A DNA stretch of 49,016 bases, the filler included, from Bipalium vagum (Eukaryota): NCBI GenBank assembly GCA_037834085.1. It is 2 parts of 2 records of this genome, joined end to end, with 100 filler letters (N's around TTAATTAATTAA, not from the genome) between each part and the next. Parts side by side here need not be neighbours in the genome. Positions count along the whole stretch, not along the records: positions 1 to 23,498 come from JBBMKC010208376.1; 1 more part is not named here. One strand, written 5' to 3'. A program made the translations under genes and the position numbers. The notes under the pieces are model-generated. The model searched no databases. It saw nothing but the letters and a program-made list of their open reading frames with translations, and was not told the DNA's origin. Every line of letters starts with the position of its first letter. Position 1 is the stretch's first letter. Shown piece by piece: positions 1 through 12,399 of this stretch.

Positions 1-885
1 TCGAAAAGTAATTTAAAAATTCCCAGAAATTTTAGTTTGAAAATACTTAGAAAATAAAATAACCCTCTAAAAATAATAATTTTTTTAAGAAGCTTAAAAG
101 AGGTATTTTAATAAATATTAAGGATCATAATAAAATAATTTTAGGGAATTGTTAGGGAATTTTAGAATTTTGATAAAATTTTTAGAATTTTAAGTACAAT
201 TTTGGGAATATCTTAAGAATATTTCGCAGATGAATATCAGTCCCAAATCAGTATATATCATATATCAGTATATAAGCAAAGGGATTTCAGCAGATTTTTA
301 ACCCTCAGAAAACGTGTTTACAATTATTGTCAACTGCAGAGTTCGATAACAGACAAATTCGGAAACAGAGTTCGATAACAGACGAATATTACAGTTCCAT
401 TCACAGGTACTCCAACGTTCATTTTAATGATGGGACTATGTTTACAATTCCCCACCAGAGGGTTATCGGTGAGCAACCGTTAGGGCTCAGACGATAACTC
501 GGGAGTTTTAACCGAAGGCAAATCGTAAGGTCTTTTTATTTAATTTTTTTATTATTTTGTATTAATATTTTATTAATCGTTGACTATATCTAATTATTAG
601 TATTTGATTTAACACTACATTTGATCCGTTTTGACTATATTTAATTATTATTGATAGTATTTGATTAAACGTGTAATTGTTGTGTTGTGATAAGATAGTG
701 TGAGGTAGGTTTAACATTTCAGACATTAATTGTGATCCCAGACTCTTGCATTATCTTGTTCGAATTCCGTGTATTTTCTTTTGCGTTTGTGTGATATAAA
801 TACAGGTGTTGCTTTACTGATTGTTTTTTTGCACCACCTAAGATTTGGAGTCAAGTTTAAATTTGATACACTAAATAGTGAACAA
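1..885 (+). mobile_element. LTR (3' portion) of a gypsy-type family, homologous to 20749-21650
   Basis: Shares the CCCCACCAGAGGG..TGAGCAA..GGCTCAG hairpin, TTTTGCACCA and the terminal TAGTGAACA with 21231-21650. TATA-like GTATATAAG near 272. Short tandem duplication CAGAGTTCGATAACAGAC at ~337-384. Confidence 0.75.
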
Positions 886-1079
886 TATTGAAAAATTTAA
901 AGATAGTAAAATTGAATTAAACAAAGAAACTAAAAACAAAAATATTCATAATTTTAAAATAGACTTATAAAAAAACCACTATTTTGATTTTAGTTTGGTG
1001 TGATAGTATAAGGCTTACAATAAAAAATTGATTAATACTATATAAAATTTCAAAAAATTCTCTTTAAAACCATTCATTT

Positions 1080-1440
1080 CAAACAAAGAATTCGACTAAG
1101 ATTACATTAAAATAATAGCAAAGAAAACTAAAGAGACTTTATTTACACTCACATAAATACTAATATAGCTGAAGACACAAAATTAATAGCAGAACAAAAA
1201 CCATTGTCAGTAGGATTTTATATTAAATATAATTATACTGAATTGTGTGAATCAAAATATTTTGAATTTTTATGGGGGAAATATTATAGATGAATTTGAT
1301 ATTTTACAAAATAAAGGAAATAAATATTGTAACTTCAAAAGTAAAAAAGACAAGTAATTATTACAATGATAGAATAATAATATCTGAAGATGAAAAAATC
1401 AATTATTCAAATTCAAGAAAGTGTATTTATTGTTAAAAAA
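1080..1440 (+). pseudogene. Degenerate Polinton/Maverick protein-primed DNA polymerase B fragment
   Basis: Translates DTKLIAEQKPLSVGFYIKYNYTELCESKYFEF ... EDEKINYSNSRKCIYC, resembling the pPolB region preceding the HNH/endoVII motif. Contains stops and frameshifts. Confidence 0.55.
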
Positions 1441-1469
1441 AATATTTATTTTCATTGATGATTTTTAGG

Positions 1470-2800
1470 AAACCTAATCCATTTAAGTATTCAGCTCGGA
1501 TATACATGTTTGAGCCAAGCTAAATAATTAAAGCTCCCGGATTGACATTATCATAATGGGAAAGGGGAGCGGATGGGTCACCTAGAGATGAAGAGCTTGT
1601 GAGCTTAGCATCAAGAGCAGCCACAGAGTCAATTATTGAGCTGAGGCGACTAAGGACTGGTTGAGCTGGATAACTGATAGCTCCGGGTTTCTGAGTAGGC
1701 AAAACCAGAAGAGGAAGATCCCCCTGATATGATTAGCGATTGGCGAATGGTGGAAAACTGGAGAATATAATTAACTACCAGATCTTCCATCGCAAAACCA
1801 AAATAGAACAAGAAATTGCGAAGACAGAAGCTGCGAAGATAGTTGGCTTTTATGACTAATGGTAGTGGTAGTAGTAGACCTGTCAATAATGGCGCAGGAT
1901 TTAAAGGTGTTGAGCCGAACAAATTCATTGGAAGAAAGAGTCGATTCGGATGTAAATGTTTCAATGGCTTTGGTAGTACCGATTGAAGATAATCATGACT
2001 AACGTCCTGATGCATTAGGAAGAGAATTTGAAAGAGAACCAAGAAATAAAGATAAAATAATTAAAATATTGAGCCGTGGCTGAATTAACAGTATTTCCTG
2101 CTATATTACAACAAGTGGTTCAGGTGATAAAACTTCATATGGTTGAATTTGGTGCACACCCAAAGATCAGATCAGTGGTAAGTAGGTATGGAAGGTATGT
2201 GCGGTTAAGAGGAGTTTGTCAAGGGACTACAAAGGTAAAATTAGGAATGATCGGGTTTGAAAATCAGATTTTAGAGGTGCATTATTGTTTAAAGGTAAAA
2301 TTGTTGAGAGAGAGCTTGAAGGATAATGGGTGATTGTAATTTCATGTGAAGCTCAGTAGTTAGATGATGACGAATATTTGATGGAGAAAGGTAGTAATGC
2401 ATCAAAGAGACATTTTTGATGGCGATTCAAGTAGATGATCAATGTGAGCTAGCTAATACATTGAATAGTTATTTGAAGTCATTAGTGAAACATAAAGTGT
2501 TTCGTACGGCAAGAGAGTATGGTGAAGTATCAAGTACAGAAGTTCAATATCCAGATTCTGTGGTGTCAGAAGAAATAATCAATGAACAAGAGACATTGGA
2601 ATACGGAGAAACACCATTATCTGATGAATTAGTGTCAATTCAAGCTATAGTTTCCGAATTGATACCACAAGAACTGATACTAAGAATGCCCGAACTGAAA
2701 GATCAGTTAAGAAAAAGTCAGTATCAATCAGAAAACCTTACATTGGCAAAATGGGGAGAAAGTTATAATGATCGAGTGTCAATAGATGTTATCCATGAAT
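1470..2800 (+). mobile_element. Decayed gypsy gag/protease region related to the element at 21658-23340
   Basis: SLEERVDSDVNVSMALVVPIED..PDALGREFER (~1925-2040) aligns by eye with SLKEKVDVNGNVIMALVDLDEE..PGVLEREFAR (23140-23255). Many stops. Confidence 0.55.
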
Positions 2801-3660
2801 GTACTAAGAAAAGGAGACGATTTGGGGTGTTTTATAAAAAGATGTCAAAGAAACTTTGACATTAAGGAAACCCCAATAAAGAAGAGAAAAACAGCGATTT
2901 ATGCGCTGTTACACGAAGACCTATGAGAGGCCTACGAGGAAACATCTGGGAAGGCAAGAGGATTTGAAGCTAGAATCCGTCTATTGTTTGAGAAAGAAAA
3001 AATGTCGTTGACGACTGCGAAGAATTAATAATGTATAGAAGAGGCAGTGAGGACATTGAAGGCTTTTTTTAGGAATGTTAGATCATTGGTAGAGAAAGTA
3101 CTGTCACATGATCTGACCGTTGAAAAGCTTGAGGCACTGTTCTTAGTAAAATGCATTGGAGATGAGGTCGCACGAGAAGTCAAAATGCGAAGGCTGGGGA
3201 AAGGAAGCGAAATTAAAGATTTGATGAGATTGATAACCGACATCAAAGAAAAAGTCGGTAAAGGCAGTATGGAGTTACAGAGATGTTGTTATAAGGACAC
3301 CAGAATACTCTCATTTATAGGAAGACATATCGCAAGAGAAAATATTAAATGTTATGGATGTAATAAAGATAGCCATTTAGCTTGTAACTGTACGGCAAGA
3401 AGACAAATAGAATGCTGGACCTGTTCGAGTCAGGGTCACATTAGCAGGGATTGTCCAAAAAAGAAACCTTAAGTATGCTTCGGATGTCAGAGAGAGGGTC
3501 ATATTAGGAGAAATTGTCCAAATATAAAGTATAAACAGGAATGAGCATAGTGAAAGGGAATTTTATACGAACCTTCACGATGGTAGGAGTTTTCAAGCAC
3601 AGATGATCAGAGGTCCAAAAAAAGCTTATAGAAGAAATAACTTAAATGCATTAGAAGATT
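2800..3660 (+). mobile_element. Decayed gypsy Gag with tandem CCHC zinc knuckles
   Basis: Knuckles CYGCNKDSHLACNC, CWTCSSQGHISRDC and CFGCQREGHIRRNC. The N-terminal part (IYALLHEDL*EAYEETSGKARGFEAR) resembles the Gag at 16744-16968. Confidence 0.85.
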
Positions 3661-3684
3661 AAACAATATTAAAATACCTAAAAG

Positions 3685-4355
3685 TTGTTGGGTTAGCTAA
3701 GGACACATCCCTGTAAACCCTTGTAAAAGCATATGTTAGAGACCGCAATAGGGTCTAGATTGGTTACCATTATTATCAATTAATTATTAAGACCGCAAAA
3801 GGGTCAGAAATAAAATAATAATAATTAATTAATTAAATAAAAAGTACATTCAAACAAAAAGGGCAATTAATTATTTCCAAAATAGATCTAATCTTGACAA
3901 CGGCGAACCTTAATTGCCAATATCAGATCAAAAATCGCAACGAGGGATCGATTTAGAATTATCGATCTAAAAAGGGAATCGACATTCCCCATTAGTCAAG
4001 CTGATCTACGACTGATTTGTCGTCTGATCAGAAGATGAAATTCGCAGTGGATTGCCAGAAAATCTCTGAGAGAAATTTGCGTCAGAAGGCACAATTTTTT
4101 CTTGGAGTTAGCAATCACTCTTCATGCCCTCTCTGCGACAGGAGCTCACAACGGGTCCTTTGTTGTTACGAGTTTTCTGAGCAAACCCGGTTGGGCTCAG
4201 CAAACCACCCTTTGGACCTGTCGTAGTCACAACTGGTGAGAGTATCTTCACTTTATTTTCTTTGTTTTTTTCTAAAATAATTAATATTTTGTGGAAACTC
4301 CCGAAACCATCCAAAAATTCCAAATGACAATATAATATTTTTGTGCACCAATAAC
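3685..4355 (+). mobile_element. LTR copy of the structured-LTR family (3' end uncertain)
   Basis: Begins TGTTGGGTTAGCTAAGGACACATCC, nearly identical to 40971. Shares GACCGCAA..GGGTC hairpins, the GATCTAATCTTG palindrome and the leader multi-stem with 40971-41725. Confidence 0.8.
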
Positions 4356-6100
4356 ATTATTATGTGATCAATTAATAAAAACTTTGTTTATTTAATTAGT
4401 TGTATTTATTTTTTATATATTTCATGTCAAAATAATCCTTTGCCGAAAATTTAATATATAATAAAGATTAAATAAAATAAAATATAAATAATAATAATAA
4501 TTATTATTGTTATTATTATTGTTGTTGTACATAAATTAATACAAAAGTCGTGAAAAAAAAACTAAAAATAGATTTTTTATAAAAAATTATGTATCAAAAG
4601 TTATAATTAGCAAGATATGTATAAAACATATTTAATTTATTATTTTAGTAAAAATTGCTACTAAAAATAATGTAGCTATTAGGAATTACATATAAATACA
4701 ATCAACATTTTTGTTGACTTGCACAAAATAGTCGACATAAAATAAACAGCGCAAATAAACGGCTCAAAAAAATAAAAGCGAAATATTTTGATCACGACAA
4801 ATTCAGAAACAGATAAATCAGACATATTCAAATCACGAAGCCATAATATCAATAACAATACAAATCATCCAAGTAGCTCAAATTATTTACATATAATCAG
4901 GTCAACGATTCACAAATAATTCAATAACAAATGTTATGCTCTATAGCAAGCAATTAATTTTATCTATTATTATTTTCTTTTTCTTTTAATAAATATTTTG
5001 CGTAATTGGTAATTTTTAATAAATTACACAATTACAATTATTTTAAATAACTGAAATCAAAAACCCTCAGTTGGTAATTTTCAATAAATTGCACAACTGT
5101 TTTAATTAATTATCTTATAAATAAATGCTAGGATCTAGCCCTAAAATCATGTAATCCTTTTTGTTATTTCCTCACTTCGGTTGCAGATTTTTGTTTTTCG
5201 CAGTTCACACACTAATTAGGGTGGTGAATTGTCTATCGTTGATATTTTTATCAGTGCGAAAAGATTTCCTTCCTTTAAATAATCCTAAACTCGGGGAAAG
5301 TTTTCTTACAGAGGATTGTTCAAACAGTAATCACTCTTGATTTGTAAAGTTACACAACTGTTTTGTTATTTAGTATCAATAAAGTATATAAAAACAATTT
5401 ATTTTAGTCAATTAAAAATCATAGAAAAAGCACGCTTCCAAAAACCTTCTAACCGTTAAGCTTTTAGTTCGCTCCACTTTTTAAGAGACTTAACAATTTA
5501 ATTATTTGATTGATTATTACCATTTGATTTTTAGTGATTACTTGAGACATTTTGTGATTGTTATTTTAGCAAGTTTTGTTCGTAGTTGTCTTGATTCATT
5601 CATTTGCGTCAAAAGTGAAGGGGTCAGTAAACTTTTCGAGCTAAGTGTTACGACAGTGTTCATTTTAAATAATAGCGTAACAAAATTTAATTTTACACTC
5701 TCAGTCTTGCCTCATTACATTTTCACAAACTACATCTGAAAGTTTATTTTGATCTCAATCCCTTTCTGAACTAAAATTTGAATCCCCTAATATTCTCTAC
5801 CTTAATATCATTTTTTCCTTCCTTCCCCTAATTTCATAAACTATTAACAATAACTTAACCACCATTCGGGAAATTTTTACTTTTTCGAGAAAACCAACTT
5901 AATAATATTTTACAATCTTATTATTGCTACGTTACTAAAATACACTTCGTCGTCCCTTCCTGGTTTCTTTTCTACTCAAAACTAGTACCTTTTCGACGAA
6001 CATATTTTAAATAAGATTTCGATAAAACTGAATGATTTGATTATTCAGATATAAGTAAAAACAAACGAAACAAATTATATTTAATCTATCAATTGAATAT

Positions 6101-9100
6101 TTATTTTCTTTCTTCGAAAGCCTTAGATTTATTCTAAAATTTATTAATAAGACCCAGTAACAAAAAAAAATTACCTGAACATTTTCGCAAAAAGCATTTC
6201 TGGAGATTAAATTTTTCAGTTTTTCATTTTCAGTTTTTAATTGCCTTATTTTCTCTTCCATTTTTTCAAATTGTACCCTCTTTGCTCGATATCGTGCTTT
6301 AAGATCATTGTAGTGATTAAGTAAAGTATCAAATGATTTCAGTCCTTCATTCTGTCGTTCGAGCACCTTTGAATTTTGATTAACTATCGACTTAAGTCTA
6401 TCAAGTTCCTTTTGCTTTTCTATCAACTCGGAAACATTAATCAAATTTTTACTGCCAATACTTGATATTTCAAGTGTCTCAAAACGGGCTTTCAGAGACT
6501 GGTTTTGGAATTTTTCTTCTTCTAAGACCTGATTACCTTTTACAATTTCAGATTCCAGCAATGATACTTTTTCTTTCATCAAATCCATTGAATTTGAAAG
6601 TTCTGAGAACTTACTATAAGATTTTAACAACTGTTGATCCTTATACATCAGTTCATCTTTGGCATAATTTAACGAACTTGTAGCACTTTGTAATTGACTT
6701 TTGAAACTTTCCACAGTTTCATAGGCTTTTCGAATTATGCACTCATTTTTTCCGAACAAACTTTGATACTCGCTAACACAGATATGCAATAATTCCTCAA
6801 CGGACATTTTGTACATTGCTTTCACTTCATTTCCAGAGTTCTTTTCTATGAAATTCTTTCCCAAGAATTCAATGCTTTCTTTCATTCTCAACGCTTCTAT
6901 TGACTGAACAATAATTTCTTTGAGTGTTCTTGTTTCGCATTCAAATGGTTTTACAATTTCATTAATCAAATATTGATTGGATCTCTCATTTTCGAAGTCT
7001 TCAATCAACAAACTTTGTTCAAAGATTTTCTTTTTTAATATTTCAAATTCCAACTTACACTTTTGTAATTCAGTTTTCAATGCTCTCATTGATTCAGTTT
7101 CTCGTTTTGAAAATTTTTCTTTGGACAATCGTTTAAATTCTATTATTTCTTGTTTTTCCGACAATTTCTTTTGTAGATTATCACAAGATAATCGGAGATT
7201 CTTTTCCACCAACTGAAATTCTGCCATTTTACACTGATTGTCCTTCAAAATTTCTTCGATTTCTTCATGGTGTCTTTTTCTAATCAAATTTATGTCATCT
7301 AATTTTCTCTGAACCTCTTCATTTTGAATGACACATCGCCTTGCACAACTGTTATCCACAAAATTTTTAAAATAGTCTATCCTCTGACATTCTAGTTCCG
7401 CAGTTCGAACATTGATTTCGCTTTTTAAATCAATTTTATCCGAATTTAGCATCGCAATTTGATTTCTGAAGTCTTCACGTTCTTTTTCTTTGGTTTCCTT
7501 TAGGGCGTTCAATTCACATTTCAAATTTGCTACAAGACTTTGCAAATCTTCATTTTCTTTATTTGAGGAGACCAAATCGTTATGCAATGTCTCGATAACT
7601 TTAGTTTTGCGGGATATACTTTCCTCGTACTCCATGATTTTCTCTTTTGAACTGCTAATTTCTTCAGACATTTTACTAGCATTTTCTCTAAGAAATATCA
7701 AGTCACTGAGTTCATCGTTAAACTTATTTCTTTCAGTTTTCAATTTTTGAATTTCAGATTGACAATTAAAGAATTTTAACCTGAAAGAATCCAGAAGTTC
7801 CTTAAGTGAATTTTCCGGCTCATTTTCATTATGATTTTTAACTAATTGATCAATACTTTCAAAATTTTCAAAAACTGAAGTTTCCATATATTTTATTGCA
7901 CAAATCAATTCTTTTATTTTATCTAATTCAAAATAAAGCTTTTCATTATCTTCTCTTAAAGTCAACAACTTTTTCTCTATCTCTGCTTTATCTTGCACCA
8001 CAGTTTTAAGATGATCTTTCAATTCAGAATGACTGGCTTCCATCTGAAGTTCATATTCCAATTTTTCAAACATGCACGTTGAATTCAAATCAACATTTTG
8101 GAAATGAACTTTAATTTTTTTAATCAAAATACAACAAAAGTGATAGATAAAATCTTCCAATTTAAAGGAAGATTTATTCATATCCTTAAAATTATTTGAT
8201 AAAAATTGTGTAAAAATGGAGAAAGATTTTTCAACCAAATATTCAAATTTGTCTTTTTCTTCCCATTCCAATTTCTCTAATTTTTCTGATAGCATATCTA
8301 AAATGTTAATATCATCTAACATTTCCAGACTTAAAAGTGATTTATTTTGTTGCGGCAATCTTTTGGAATTTGACAATTTAGAATTTTGTAAATTTGAGAT
8401 GCTCTACAAAATTAATGAACATAAATTCAATATAACACTAGTATATATCTTTAAGAATTTCTACTGTCAAAAAATGGTTTAATGTTTTAAAACTATTAAG
8501 GAATGAAGTAATTTTTTCAAATTTCTTAATTCACTTTTTAAATTAAAATATATTGATAGTTACAAAAAATAATGGTAAAATTTAAATGATCACAATAATT
8601 ATGAGCAAGATAAAAGGTTTATGAAAATGAAAAATAAAATATCAAAATAAACTTTTTCAGATGAATACATATTTTCTTCATTTTTCAAACAAATAGTATC
8701 AATGTTAAACAAGTCCAAATCCAAAATTGAGTCATTCATTGCACTGTTCTTGTTATCAATATCCTCATTTTGATTAATACTTAAACAACTTTGCTTAATA
8801 ATTGAGATTAGTTCAGGAATGGATTCATCATATGAAAGAATTTTTCCACTTTCAATAATTATACTTCTTAAGGAGTTACGATAAACTTCTTCGAAAGTAA
8901 TAAATTCATTCACTTTATAATTAAGTTCGAGGCATTCATTTATTTGCTCTTCAAGATCATTGTTGATTTTATCAATGTATAACTTTGCCTGTTCTAACTC
9001 AGTCGATTTTTTCTCAAGTTCATATTGATTTACAAGTTCTTCAATTCTGAATTCTGCGACTTCTAATTTGTCTCTTACAGAATCCATTTCAATTTGTAAT

Positions 9101-9134
9101 TTATTTTCATTATCAAATCTTTTCATAGTTGGAA
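6101..9134 (-). CDS. Large coiled-coil protein (~900 aa, family not identified). Exons 9134-8653, 8403-6175, 6133-6101; 5' end uncertain (upstream exon or ATG at 9126)
   Basis: Long E/K/L-rich open frames in AT-rich DNA. GT-AG junctions keep frame (SSEK|SISNL; ENVQ|NKSKAFEERK*). The last intron is 41 nt. Confidence 0.8.
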
Positions 9135-9784
9135 CTAAAAATAATTTTAAAATACTCATAATTAACATAAACTAAATCATATTAAAATATATTTCATGTT
9201 AACTTTTCTACTTATATATAAACAAATTCATGAAATTGAAATTTAAATTCATAATGTTAATTTAATTCTTGTCTGATAAAATGACTAATTTTGATTTAAT
9301 TAATATTAAATATAAAATTATTTAATCTTTAAATTAGAAAGTTTTGGTGATTTTAAAACTACCATATTCCTGAGTTACTGAATTTTACATTTTTGTCTTT
9401 GTTAATGTTTACCATACTAATTATCTCTACTTATATCTCTTCATTTTTATATATAAGATATCTAATTTAATTCTCATAATGTAAGTAATACTGAAACAAA
9501 ACTTGATATGTGTGTATCGATTCATTTTTCTTGATTGATAAATTTTCATAAAAAGAAAATTTAATAAAATTGCTTAAAACAATTAAAAACTTAAATATAT
9601 TTTTAAAATTTTTATTTCGGTTTAAATTCCGTAAACAGAGTTTGTTTTAATATTTAATATTTAATTTTGTGAATGAATAAGTTCTAAACGATAATATTTA
9701 TTTGTACAAGCTGAATAAATTTACTTTTTGTTTTATTAGTTAAGCAAATTAAATGTTTGATGAACTTACTTTTCAAACTGTGAA

Positions 9785-10400
9785 CTACTTCAAATCCAAA
9801 ATTATGTTTCGTAAAAGATGTAACCATTTTCGATTTCCCTTTTCAGTAAATTTTTTGAACATTAAATATTTTAGAGTTTTATTAAACCTTTCTATTACAA
9901 CTGCTTTTCCTTCATTCTCTGTTGAGTAAATTTCTATTTCATTATCACCACAAAATTCTTCAAAAGTTTTATTGTAAAATTCTGACTCTCTTGGTAAACC
10001 TAATCTTAAAGTTACCTTTCCTTTCATTATTAATTTTACAATTGCTCTTTCAAGTTTTTCTCTTGGAGTTGGATTTTGAATATTGTTCATTTCGAGAATT
10101 ATTTCTACATCTTTTCTTTTAAATCTGTTGATATACATTTTACACCATGTTTTATTGGTGCTTGATCAATTTGATTTATTGGAATTGAATCAGGTTTTGG
10201 AATTACGAGAATTGATAAATCTTGATTATCTTCATCATTTTCTAATATTTCTTCATAGTTTTCTAAATGTTTGTCAATATTAGTTCCAGGTCCTGTAAAA
10301 TTGTGAAGTAGATTTGTTTTGTTTAAAGGATTTACAGATTTTAAATGTAATTCAGCTGGATATTTGCCAGTTGTAAATTTGTTAAAAAATTATTATTAGT
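9785..10400 (-). pseudogene. Polinton/Maverick remnant: PLA2X (parvovirus VP1u-like phospholipase) joined to an rve integrase C-terminal core
   Basis: HNFTGPGT (10282-10305), INQIDQAPIKH, and NPTPREKLERAIVKLIMKGKV, followed by ESEFYNKTF..IEIYSTENEGKAVVIERFNKTLK..KW. Confidence 0.8.
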
Positions 10401-10416
10401 TATTGAAGATTGGATG

Positions 10417-10625
10417 TCACCTCTTGTTTTTATAAAAAAAGATGGATATTTTTCTTGAATTAGTACTTTTTTCACGAGTACTTTCATTAGTACTAATAGT
10501 ATCATTAGTACTTTTATTAGTATCTTTAGTACTGTTTTTCAAATTTACGTCTGTATTTAAATGTTTTGATTTATTATATTTTGAAATATTTTTGTCACAA
10601 ATTTCAAATAACATTTTCCACTGTC
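10417..10625 (-). pseudogene. Degenerate C2H2-like zinc-finger ORF of Polinton type
   Basis: EICDKNISKYNKSKHLNT adjacent to the PLA2X remnant. A similar decayed motif lies at ~34285-34370. Confidence 0.4.
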
Positions 10626-11460
10626 ATTTTTAATTTTATAATTTTATTAATTTTTTTTGATAAAAATATAATATTTCCTCACTTAATTCTTTAATTTATT
10701 TTAGAATAATTATAAGTAATAATTAATAATCATTCAGATTTTCATGTTGTTCTTTTATTTTATTTTTATATGGTTCAAATGTGCAATTATTTATTAACAA
10801 TAATAAATCTTTAGAATAAAATTTTAAATCTTTTTCTTCTAACTTAAAATTGTTTGCTCGTAAATATATTTCAAAATATTTATTTTGTGGAAATTTATTT
10901 CATATTTTATTTAATTCTAGATTGGATAGATTATTTAAATCGTTTCTTTTGGTTTCCATTTTTAAGAAAAAATTTGATTTTTTCAGTTTTAATTTTTTTG
11001 ATTTTTTGACTATTTTTTAATGAATTTTTAGTGAATTTTTTAGTGATTTTTTTATAAAACGTTTTTGACGAACAAACGAGTATGTGGGCCGAGAGGAATT
11101 TTTGTGAGTGAGTGAGGAAAAAATGGGGGTACAGGTGGGGTACATTTTGTGTGTGAAGTGTTTCAGTATGAAAACACAAAATAAACACGAACAACAGGTA
11201 AAAATATCTACTCCGAAGAGAAGAAAACCCGAAGCATTCCAAAATGAGCCAGAGAAAATATAATCATAAGTCTCAGGGTCCAGCTTTAAGGAGAATAACA
11301 CTTAGTAAATTATTTTATTGTGATAAGTTTATTAGATTTGACTATAAATATTAATAAACTTTTATCGTTATTAAATTAAAAAAATATAAAATAATTCTTG
11401 GTTTTCACACTGCTCGCAGGTGAACCCATAACCAAATAAAAAATAGTAATAAAAGTTTAA

Positions 11461-12050
11461 AAACTATAATTCAATTACGAATTATAAGTTATTAATTAAA
11501 TAAAATAAATACTAAGGCTTGGACAGCTTCTCCAATACTTTAGGATCAAATAATTGTTATCTTTTTTCTTACTTCCCAGTATTTTCTTTTTTTGCGTTCT
11601 TCAGGTCTTAGAACCGATTTTTTAACTGAGGGTTCTTGAGAGTAAGGTACCGATGGGTGATCTGACTTTATTCTTAACTCCTTATCTCTGGTTTTAACTC
11701 CAAAGTAAAATTGTATTAAAAAATCAAGTTATTATATTTATATCAAATATATTTTATAAAACAACTTGTTAACTCAATTGATCGATTAAAAGTTTATCGT
11801 TTTAAAAGTTATAAAAGATCAACTTTTCGTAATCAACATTTTTATTGTCACTCAAATTTTAACTTCGAACGTACGCGCACTAAATCCATCTGAATTTACA
11901 TATATCTTATGTTAAGTTCCTAGAAAGTCCACTATCAATATTCTTAACCAAATAAACGTAAATAGTCCAATTTTGATCTTTTTAACCAATCTAAAATTAG
12001 TAAATATTTTCATATTATTTTTTTAGTGAAACTTAAAATATTAAAAATAG
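11461..12050. repeat. Dispersed ~600 bp repeat, copy 1 (class unknown)
   Basis: Colinear high similarity with 23599-24250 (CTATAATTC..ATTACGAATTATAAG; GTACGCGCACTAAATCC; AAAGTCCACTATC). Confidence 0.85.
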
Positions 12051-12399
12051 TATTATAAGTTGAAAAGTAAACTAAGTCTAATTCATAATTGATATTTGAA
12101 TCAAGATGTAATGGATTTTGTAATTTCAAAGTTATATCAGATGTTTTACTTTCTATCATAAATATTGTTGAAAAATTTTTAGATAAAAGATCAGATATTT
12201 TTGTATAGATTCTTCTGCGCTCATTTTTAAAAAAAGAAAAATAAATATTTTTAAAAAGTAAATATTTAAAAAAAAAGCAAAATAATTATTTTATTATTAG
12301 ATTTTATATAAAGAAAACTTTGTTCGTTTTTTTTCGTAATTTGATTCAATAATTCTTTTGTTTTTTAAATTTATTTAATATTTTTAAAATCAAATGATC

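Noticed and set aside
4234-4245. TGGTGAG after ..TCACA as LTR end plus PBS (also near 41718)
   Set aside because: No tRNA complementarity beyond a few nt, no internal domain follows, and LTR-like sequence (TTTTGTGCACCA) continues. A splice donor reading fits better but is unproven.
6007-6174. Hydrophobic C-terminus of the 789-aa ORF as a transmembrane anchor
   Set aside because: Read-through of a 41-nt intron; the spliced end is NKSKAFEERK*.
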